From Spirochaetaceae bacterium (lineage in GTDB: Bacteria > Spirochaetota > Spirochaetia > DSM-2461): 64,000 nt of DNA. The notes below the pieces were generated by a model. That model saw only the letters and a list, made by a program, of their open reading frames with translations, ran no database searches and had not been told where the DNA came from. Positions 8,437 through 15,246 of the stretch are shown here, in pieces. The position numbers were made by a program, and so were the translations under genes. The stretch lies in assembly GCA_965224705.1 (NCBI GenBank), contig OZ245056.1, positions 529,736 through 593,735 of the forward strand, read 5' to 3'. Position 1 is the first letter of the stretch, and each line of letters opens with the position of its first letter.

Positions 8437-9558
8437 TTGGGTATGGATTGGAAGGCATGTGAAATACGACACGCTTATTGGTCAATAAAGCATAGCCTGT
8501 TTCTGCTTACGATCATTGTATTCACATCCTGTGCTTCTACCCCAGAATCGGAGAGCAGCGGCAGCACGGGAGCACCCGATTGGTACATGAATCTCCCCCA
8601 GGAGGAAGGCTATACCTACGGCTACGGCAGCGGTCAGAGTCAGAAAGAAGCTGCCGCCCGTGCACTGGAAGACATGGCCATACAGATGCAAACCCGTATT
8701 CAGTCCAAACTGGAAAGCCAGATCAGCATAACTGGTGCCGAACAGGAATTCAGCCTGAACAATCAGCTCAGCCAGAGCACCGACGTGGAAATTCTGGGTG
8801 CGGAGCCGCTGCGCTCTGCTCAACAGGGCAATCAGCACTTTGCCGCCTGGCGTTACAACAACAAGCCGCTGCGCGTGCGTACCCTGGATGCGGCTTCATC
8901 GAAATCTATCCGGGATGCAGCCGGTAGTCCCGAAGTCAGTCAGAGCAGCATAAAATCCCGCTTGCCCCTGTCGGTCTTTTTGAGTAACAAGGGCAAATCC
9001 GCCGACTTCATACTGGACTACCGGAACGGTATGTACCGGCTGAGCATAAATGGACAGAACATACCGGTAAGCCGTAGTGAATTTGCCGAGAACTTCATGG
9101 TCAATCTGGAGCCCGAACGGTTCATCATTGTTCCCGGTCTTAAAAATGGATTGAGCCTCCCCAATCTGCCGCCGGACACCCTTAAAGACGGCCAACATTA
9201 TCTTGTGCAGTACACTCCCCTCGCCAACGGCTACCTGAGTACTGTTACTATGGATGCCGCCGGAATCGTTCTGGCCCTGCTTAAAAATCATCCTGTCCAG
9301 GCCGGGGAAACTGTGGAATATCCAGACACAAGTCTTTACGATGGACTGATTGCCTCCAGAATCGGAAAGGGGATATCATCTACCGACATGATTCTGGCCA
9401 TTGAATCCGCCAAGCCGCTGGACTTTATCAACGCAGTACAAAATGTCACCGAATCGACCGTCAATCCCGACGATGCTGCCAACTACACTTATGGTGAACT
9501 ACTGGAACTCCTGTCGGGCCATAGCTACAGTGCAAAAATACTGCGGATTACGGACTAA
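8437..9558 (+). CDS. LPP20-like lipoprotein
   Basis: Signal peptide with lipobox IVFTSC. APDWYMNLPQEEGYTYGYGSGQSQKEAAARALEDMAIQ matches the LPP20 lipoprotein domain pattern as I recall it. Confidence 0.6.
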   Translation: MGMDWKACEIRHAYWSIKHSLFLLTIIVFTSCASTPESESSGSTGAPDWYMNLPQEEGYTYGYGSGQSQKEAAARALEDMAIQMQTRIQSKLESQISITGAEQEFSLNNQLSQSTDVEILGAEPLRSAQQGNQHFAAWRYNNKPLRVRTLDAASSKSIRDAAGSPEVSQSSIKSRLPLSVFLSNKGKSADFILDYRNGMYRLSINGQNIPVSRSEFAENFMVNLEPERFIIVPGLKNGLSLPNLPPDTLKDGQHYLVQYTPLANGYLSTVTMDAAGIVLALLKNHPVQAGETVEYPDTSLYDGLIASRIGKGISSTDMILAIESAKPLDFINAVQNVTESTVNPDDAANYTYGELLELLSGHSYSAKILRITD

Positions 9559-9640
9559 GAGTCTGTCAGACTTTAAGACTTCGAGGCGATTTTTGATGAT
9601 TTTTTTCGATACAAGGCGTCTACAGGTTCAGAGCTCGCCA
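9559..9640 (-). mobile_element. Truncated, degenerate MITE copy
   Basis: It begins immediately after the TAA stop with GAGTCTGTCAGACTTTAAGACTTCGAGGCGATTTTTGATGATTTTTTT, which is one end of the MITE. The far end decays and there is no second TIR. Confidence 0.45.
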
Positions 9641-9654
9641 GTATTTCCATTTTG

Positions 9655-9758
9655 ACGAGAAAAACATTATATCAGAACTTGAGTTTCCGTAAGAAAATTC
9701 ATGGTTACCCAATCAGTGGATTCCAGCCCTTTATCAATGAGTTTCTGGAAGGTATTAG
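9655..9758 (+). repeat. Dispersed repeat X, copy A (left flank of the CRISPR-cas module)
   Basis: ...tcatggttacccaatcagtggattccagccctttatcaatgagtttctggaaggtatt aligns in direct orientation with 20070-20169. The core is roughly 80 percent identical by eye, less in the left third. Partial copies lie at 5145-5178 and 8345-8380. Confidence 0.5.
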
Positions 9759-9762
9759 TTGC

Positions 9763-11174
9763 GTCAATATAAAATCTACTCGAACAGGAATAGTTGCCTC
9801 ATAATTAAATTCTACTCCTGGCAGAGGCCATCATCATTGGACTCTCTCCTTCACTTTAGGGTATGGCTGATCCAGTCTGTCAGCATTTTTTATTAGCTTC
9901 TTCTGAAGATTTGCCACTTCCAGAGCCAGAGCAACCGGGTCGATTCTTTCACGCTGCTCCCTGATGGCCGCTTTTATACTCTCTCCAACAGCGGGACTCT
10001 CCAGCAGCCGCACAGCGGCACACTTCGGCTGATCATACTTCTTGCTGCACCTTGCCCCCCGCCGTTTCTTCTCCACCAGCTTATAGGTCGGGTAAATGTA
10101 ATTCTGAAGCAGTCCTTGAATCCGATAGATTTCATTGAGCAGGAAGAGGGCTTCAGGAGTTGTATAGCGGGCATAGCCGATGAGTTTACGCACCGCGTCA
10201 AAATTCTTCTGCTCCACATAGCAGTTATCATTCTTCTTTCCCGGTCGACCGCGCGTAAAGTCTAAATGACTGTTTCCACAATAGGCGATAAGAGCATGGT
10301 TAATGAATTCAGAACCATTATCAGGATGAATCTGAGTGAAGGGTAGAGGACACTCCTCTCTCATCTCTTTAAGAGCTTCAATCACCCATTTATGAGCTCT
10401 ATTGAGCAGAGCCCTACGCTCACACCAACTAAGAGTATACATCGGTGGCGGTCAGCGTAAAGCAGCATTGCCCTCTCACAAGACCTCCATCGTGACCGAC
10501 GCAATCCAGCTGAAATTCTCCGGGAAGAACATTTTGCCACTCCCCAAAGGTTCTGATGGGAATCTGACTGATCAGCGATGAGTTGGAACGGGTATAGCTT
10601 GTCCCCTTGATTTGCTGTTTATCGGGATGCCCTTGGAGCATCCGATCCACCGTTGCCGGACTGATTTGGCGCAATAAGCGGCATTCTTCCCCGCTGAGTT
10701 TACTAATCGGAAGTCTGTTTTCCAGACTCTTGAAGTTCTCTCTGATGAGGGGAACCAGCAGTTTGCCGCATTTATGCCCGAATAGACTCCATAGCCACTC
10801 GACAGTTTCTTTAATAACCAAAGGGTACTTTGGAGGGCGTCCGCCGCCTTTACGCCTCTTTTTGGCTGTTGTGTACTGCTTCGGCTGGTTAGGACTGTCA
10901 TCCCTTACTCTCGTGCCATACCAGCGAAGAAGAGTCGCGGCATAAGAGCGATTATAGCTGGTTATCCGTACAAAATGAGTCAGAATCACACTTTTCTCCT
11001 TCCGTGAGGCTTTTCTATACCGTACAGCCTCATCTCTTGCTAATTCCCGTCTGGTTTTCATTGTCAACCTCATAACTCGACCTCTTACCTCAAAGGTCGT
11101 TCAAGTAGATTTTAGTTATGAGGCAACCACGTGCTTTCGAGTAGATTAATTATGAGGCAATTCGAGCTATTGAC
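9763..11174 (-). mobile_element. IS element with rve-type DDE transposase (family not assigned), about 1.41 kb
   Basis: Termini are GTCAATA...TATTGAC. Each end carries two copies of a ~26-bp subterminal motif (TTGCCTCATAAYTAAWWTCTACT). No target-site duplication is visible. Confidence 0.6.
9834..11073 (-). pseudogene. rve-type DDE transposase, frameshifted
   Basis: Two ORFs in different frames (10429..11073 and 9834..10442) join as ...TLTATDVY/TLSWCERRALLN. The DDE residues are visible (DCVGHDG, HPDNGSEF, YVEQKN). The shift maps to about 20 nt around 10430-10450, where there is no slippery heptamer. Confidence 0.7.
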
Positions 11175-11396
11175 TACCTGGTTTCAGTAATCATGTAATT
11201 GGTGTATGATGCTGTAAGTTTCATCGCCAAAGAAGTCAAAAAATCTAAATGTGTTTCAGTAATCATGTAATTGGTGTATGATGCTGTAAGCTTGATCACG
11301 GCGGCAAAAAGAAAGCTGATGGCAACGTTTCAGTAATCATGTAATTGGTGTATGATGCTGTAAGTCTGAATTCTTTTGCGTAGTACCGGGGTAACC

Positions 11397-12575
11397 TGTC
11401 AAGTTAACTGTCCACTTTTTTCATGAAACTCATGATGGCCTGTCTTTCAAGCCGTCAAATGAATCCCTATGGCCTCATTGGCCGATCGTCCACCCAGTAT
11501 CCGCCGTGGGTAGTTGTTGACCCAATCCTGTATCTCCCTGATCTCCTTCTTGCTGTAGCACCCTATATCACTACCTTTAGGTATGAATCGCCGTACCACG
11601 CCATTGGCATTTTCATTGCTTCCCCGCTCCCACGATGAGTATGGGTGCGCGTCGTAAATAGTTGATCTCTTGCCCCGGGTTAGGCAGGAGCGTTCCATCT
11701 TCTGGCTGTCCATAAATTCACTGCCGTTGTCGCATGTGATTGACTTAAACACCTTCCGAAACTGCCGACTGCCCAGTTTTTTCTCTAACTTATCCAACGT
11801 TTTTACCAGGCTATTTTATGTTCCGTATCGCTCAAGGAGAGTCATCAGAGTTTGTTTGCCCTTGCCTTCAGCTCCGACAATGCTATCTATTTCCCAATGA
11901 CCAAATTCTTCCCGTTTTTCAATATAATCCGGTCGGGTTGAAATACTCTTCATGGCTGACTTTGCTCTGTTGTGCCTCTTATAGCCTTTTGAGCCCTTCT
12001 TATGCCTTCTTTTGCCCCGGAGCAGGTACTTCCTGGCATCCCCCAGCAGACCTTCATGAATATACCGGTAGAGGGTTCTTGTGCTGATTCTTGTGTCCGT
12101 TGGCCATGAGAGCTTCTTATAGTGCATGATGACCGCGTCAGGGCTGTATTTCTTTGCAAGGAGCTTTCTGATTTCCTTGACAAGTTTGTAATCGGCTCCA
12201 GGCTTCAATTCGGGCCCCTTTGCTTCAAGCTCCCTACGAGCCTTCCCCTGGGCAATATCTGCGCTATAGGTCTGATATTCAGATAAGTCACTATTGCGAA
12301 GCCTGACGGCCCCTCGGTTGAGTTCTCTTCGTATGCTTCTTTCACAGCGATCCAGGATGCTCGCCATCTGTTTGATTCTTATCCTGTTTTTCCCTTTTTT
12401 GCGAATCATTCTTTCCAGAATAAGCCGTTCTTCCCAGTTGAAGTGTTTCCCCCTTCTACTGCTCGTGTTATTGTACTCTTGCCCCATATTAACTCCTGTT
12501 TTGTTTGTTTTAAGTAGTATACATGAGTTTCATGGGGCTTTTTTACCCTCCTTATTGCGGACAGTTAATGTTACA
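11397..12575 (-). mobile_element. IS30-family insertion sequence (1179 bp) inside the array
   Basis: Inverted repeats TGTCAAGTTAACTGTCCAC and TGTAACATTAACTGTCCGC (15/19 match), both starting with TGT. It carries an IS30-type transposase ORF. No flanking duplication is visible. Confidence 0.8.
11447..12487 (-). pseudogene. IS30-family transposase with a single in-frame TAA stop
   Basis: ORFs 11816..12487 and 11447..11797 are in the same frame, separated by TAA at 11816-11818 (...TLLERYGT*NSLVKTLDKLEK...). There is an N-terminal HTH region and the DDE block ITCDNGSEF. Confidence 0.8.
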
Positions 12576-13219
12576 ATTCACCCTACACACGTTTCAGTAA
12601 TCATGTAATTGGTGTATGATGCTGTAAGTTGATGGCGGCGGCAAAAAGAAAGCCGACGGCAATGTTTCAGTAATCATGTAATTGGTGTATGATGCTGTAA
12701 GGCAGACCCCCAGGACCAGAACCCCGCCTGGAAATACGTTTCAGTAATCATGTAATTGGTGTATGATGCTGTAAGTCAAGAAGGAAATAATGAAGGGGTT
12801 CTATTATCAGTTTCAGTAATCATGTAATTGGTGTATGATGCTGTAAGCTCAATGCTCTATGAGATTATTGCTCACACGGTCTAGTTTCAGTAATCATGTA
12901 ATTGGTGTATGATGCTGTAAGTTCAGACAATCTTCAAATTACGTTGAAGGGGATATCGTTTCAGTAATCATGTAATTGGTGTATGATGCTGTAAGCTTTA
13001 AAGGGGGGACATTGACTTAATTTGCCATTTTTGCGTTTCAGTAATCATGTAATTGGTGTATGATGCTGTAAGGATACCGGAGGGGGATAATGAAGTGCTG
13101 GTCAGTAGTTTCAGTAATCATGTAATTGGTGTATGATGCTGTAAGAGATATGCGGGGCAGGTCAGTTCCAGGAAAGTTTACGTTTCAGTAATCATGTAAT
13201 TGGTGTATGATGCTGTAAG

Positions 13220-13258
13220 CCCGCCGCAACTCTTTTTACAGAAAAAGGTTGCGGCGGG
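13220..13258 (+). terminator. Strong hairpin directly after the last repeat (putative pre-crRNA terminator)
   Basis: cccgccgcaactcttttt-acag-aaaaaggttgcggcggg, with an 11-bp GC-rich outer stem. The downstream T-tract is weak (gatttta), so terminator function is tentative. Confidence 0.4.
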
Positions 13259-13303
13259 ACTTGCCTCTGATTTTATCGAAAAGCTGATATTTACGTAAAA
13301 TAG

Positions 13304-13332
13304 TTGACTTTTTGCGAAAAAAAGATTATTTT
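13304..13332 (+). promoter_or_regulatory. Sigma70-like promoter of the predicted tracrRNA
   Basis: TTGACT (13304-13309), exactly 17 nt, TATTTT (13327-13332). The anti-repeat starts about 7 nt downstream. Confidence 0.5.
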
Positions 13333-13338
13333 TGAGAA

Positions 13339-13420
13339 ACCAATTACGTGATTCTGTAATCACCCAAAAGTATTTTGATCGGCACCTCTGCCAGGCTCTG
13401 CCTGGCACGTCTGTGTTTTA
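13339..13420 (+). ncRNA. Predicted tracrRNA
   Basis: The anti-repeat ACCAATTACGTGATTCTGTAATC is imperfectly complementary to repeat positions 1-23 (GTTTCAGTAATCATGTAATTGGT). The tail CTGTAATCACCCAAAAGTATTTTGATCGGCACCTCTGCCAGG..CCTGGCACGTCTG strongly resembles the F. novicida tracrRNA/sgRNA scaffold as I remember it. It ends in the hairpin gccagg/cctggc followed by GTGTTTTA. Confidence 0.75.
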
Positions 13421-14035
13421 TTCCCTGTCATTACAGCGGTTAAGGTATTCACAATTCGTACACTGATTGATTGAAGCGGGAGAATCCGGTTTAATTCCTT
13501 TTCTTACCATGGTTTGAATCTCTCTAATACTGCTAAGTACATCATTTTTCATACTCTGTGTAAACACTATTTTATGTAATGATTTTTTGCCCTCCGCCAG
13601 AAAACCATAGGGACAATTCTTGCGGAAAACCTCTTCCGCCATCAAACCATAGGCGGCCAGCTGCAGAATTCCTCCCTTTTTTCGGTAAGTTGAAGCCAGC
13701 TTGAACTCCACAGGATACACCTGCTCCTCTGTTTCCACAAGCATATCGGCAATGCCGTGGAGATTGAATCTTTTGGAAGTCAGATGGTAATCAAAGTAAA
13801 CCTTCCCCTGCTCCAGGCCAAAGCGGGATAGATTTCTGCGCTGCCATAGTTTTATTTCATCCTGATGAAACCTCTCTCCCTGATTCACCCATATCGGATA
13901 GACCGGAGTAAAGGATGTCAGCTCCATGTAGTAGACAATTCTGGGGCAGTAATGCCATTGGCGGATATAATTGGCGGGAATGCTAGATAACACAGTTCTC
14001 CTTCCAGTCCTCGAAATCCTTCTTCTTATGCCCAA
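13418..14035 (-). CDS. cas4: CRISPR-associated exonuclease Cas4
   Basis: N-terminal Cys (HYCPRIVYY) plus the C-terminal CTNCEYLNRC Fe-S cluster cysteines. RecB-like motif DMLV..PVEFKLAS. It follows cas2, as in II-B loci. Confidence 0.9.
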   Translation of the reverse strand: MGIRRRISRTGRRTVLSSIPANYIRQWHYCPRIVYYMELTSFTPVYPIWVNQGERFHQDEIKLWQRRNLSRFGLEQGKVYFDYHLTSKRFNLHGIADMLVETEEQVYPVEFKLASTYRKKGGILQLAAYGLMAEEVFRKNCPYGFLAEGKKSLHKIVFTQSMKNDVLSSIREIQTMVRKGIKPDSPASINQCTNCEYLNRCNDRE

Positions 14036-14282
14036 TCAAATAGCTGAAGCCGCGGCCGTTAAAATTCGTCCGGGTAATCAGGGTTTTATCCTCTTTTTTG
14101 ACCAGGTGACTGATGAAACGGCGTATTCCATTGAGTTCCGCCTGTGTCAGATATCCCCAGAACACCGATTTCTGCATGGGTTTAAGCCCATTTTTCGCCA
14201 GTTCATTGTAAACCTTCTTCCGTATCTTGTTATCTTCTATATCGTAGCAGACAAGGTATTCCTGTCTGAGAATCAATCCCAT
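13983..14282 (-). CDS. cas2: CRISPR-associated endoribonuclease Cas2
   Basis: 99 aa, with N-terminus YLVCYDIEDNKIRKKV typical of Cas2. It lies between cas1 and cas4. Confidence 0.9.
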   Translation of the reverse strand: MGLILRQEYLVCYDIEDNKIRKKVYNELAKNGLKPMQKSVFWGYLTQAELNGIRRFISHLVKKEDKTLITRTNFNGRGFSYLIGHKKKDFEDWKENCVI

Positions 14283-14286
14283 ACCA

Positions 14287-15246
14287 TCACCATTTGAACA
14301 GATAGGGCCGGTATTTTTTGTCCCCGCAGAAATGGCCGCTTAGACGGTAAACCTGCCGCTGGATAATGTGCTCCAGCTTTACCTGTTTTTTTCTGTAGGG
14401 ATATTTCTTGCTGCAGGTACGCTGTATCTCCTGAATAAGAGTCTGCTTCAGCCTGGGGGTCAAACTCCCAGCCCCTTCGCTTTGAGAACGCAGCTTTATC
14501 ACCGCCCGATCCACCACCCAGGCCCGGTATTCCTCCATAATATCCAGCACCAAAGACATTTTTCCGGGCCGGACCGCATGGAGTATGCCCAGATAGGGTT
14601 CCAGGCCGGCGTTTTCAACCGCCCCCAGAATAGTACTGCTTAAAACAGCGTACCCCAGATTGAGCATACTGTTGTTGATTTCCTGACTGCCCCGCCCCTC
14701 CCGGCAGCGAAATGACGATGAAAACAACCCGGCTTTGTTCAAGGCTTCAAAATAGCTTCGGGCACTGCTTCCCTCCAGGCCAAGAAGGGCTTCGGGAGTT
14801 GGACAATTTCCGGCTTTCAGGATGCACTCCTTCAAGCCCTCCGAGGCGTTGAGCAGTTCGGGGTTTTTGTGGTACTTGGACAGATAGTTCAACACCGCCC
14901 GCTGGTTTTTGATTTTGGCCGTTATGATAGTTCGGGCAAGGGGCAGCCTGTCACCATCGCAGTATCTGTACTGGTGAAGACGGGCGGCCGCAACGCCATG
15001 ACGGTTATTTCCAATCAGTACCGCCTGGGATGTTCCCTTAAAATCCAGGAAAAAAAGCTTAATCCCTCGGGCGCTAAAGACCTCTATCAGATCGGATGAA
15101 AAGCTTATTCCCCGGCGGGCGATGCTTAGGGTGCTCAGCCGATTGAGGGGATAGTGTTTTTCCTGCCTGTCCGCGTTCCGTACCGAGAGCAGCCCGTTTC
15201 TTACGCCGACGAAGGAGCCGTATTCACTGATCACCAGATGTTTCAT
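14287..15246 (-). CDS. cas1: CRISPR-associated endonuclease Cas1
   Basis: 319 aa with Cas1 blocks (GSFVGVRNGLLSV, EPYLGILH, SLVLDIMEEYR). It overlaps the cas9 stop by 23 nt. Confidence 0.95.
   Translation of the reverse strand: MKHLVISEYGSFVGVRNGLLSVRNADRQEKHYPLNRLSTLSIARRGISFSSDLIEVFSARGIKLFFLDFKGTSQAVLIGNNRHGVAAARLHQYRYCDGDRLPLARTIITAKIKNQRAVLNYLSKYHKNPELLNASEGLKECILKAGNCPTPEALLGLEGSSARSYFEALNKAGLFSSSFRCREGRGSQEINNSMLNLGYAVLSSTILGAVENAGLEPYLGILHAVRPGKMSLVLDIMEEYRAWVVDRAVIKLRSQSEGAGSLTPRLKQTLIQEIQRTCSKKYPYRKKQVKLEHIIQRQVYRLSGHFCGDKKYRPYLFKW

Larger units (their letters stand above)
11181..13219 (+). CRISPR. Type II-B CRISPR array, 12 identical 38-nt repeats, interrupted by an IS30-family element
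   Basis: The repeat GTTTCAGTAATCATGTAATTGGTGTATGATGCTGTAAG starts at 11181, 11253, 11327, 12591, 12664, 12738, 12810, 12884, 12958, 13035, 13108 and 13182. Intact spacers are 34-39 nt. The plus-strand orientation is inferred from the tracrRNA anti-repeat and from similarity to the Francisella novicida repeat (GTTTCAG...CTGTTAG). Confidence 0.95.

Noticed and set aside
9699-9770. Repeat X as a small coding gene (23-24 codon ATG...TAA ORFs in both bracketing copies, or a transposase C-terminal remnant on the minus strand)
   Set aside because: Differences between the two copies are overwhelmingly non-synonymous in every frame I tried, so there is no sign of purifying selection on a peptide.
10425-10450. 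Programmed ribosomal frameshift in the rve-type transposase
   Set aside because: There is no slippery A-AAA-AAG-type heptamer or downstream structure at the shift site, and the break falls inside the catalytic core rather than between DNA-binding and catalytic domains. Mutation or sequencing error is more likely.
11219-13181. Self-targeting spacers (matches to this window)
   Set aside because: Scanning by eye, no spacer resembles any other part of the 64 kb. This is not a rigorous search; a BLASTN of all spacers against the full genome is needed.
11181-13219. Array transcribed on the minus strand, co-directional with the cas operon and with the leader next to cas4
   Set aside because: The anti-repeat plus Fn-like scaffold and its promoter only make sense on the plus strand. 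The GTTTCAG...-first reading matches the F. novicida crRNA. A strong hairpin follows the last repeat on the plus strand. This still needs RNA data.
13220-13338. scaRNA-like small RNA (a degenerate solitary repeat able to pair with the tracrRNA, as in F. novicida) near the tracrRNA or upstream of cas9 (20054-20200)
   Set aside because: I found no degenerate copy of the repeat or anti-repeat in either region by eye, only the terminator-like hairpin and the tracrRNA promoter. I cannot exclude a copy elsewhere in the genome.
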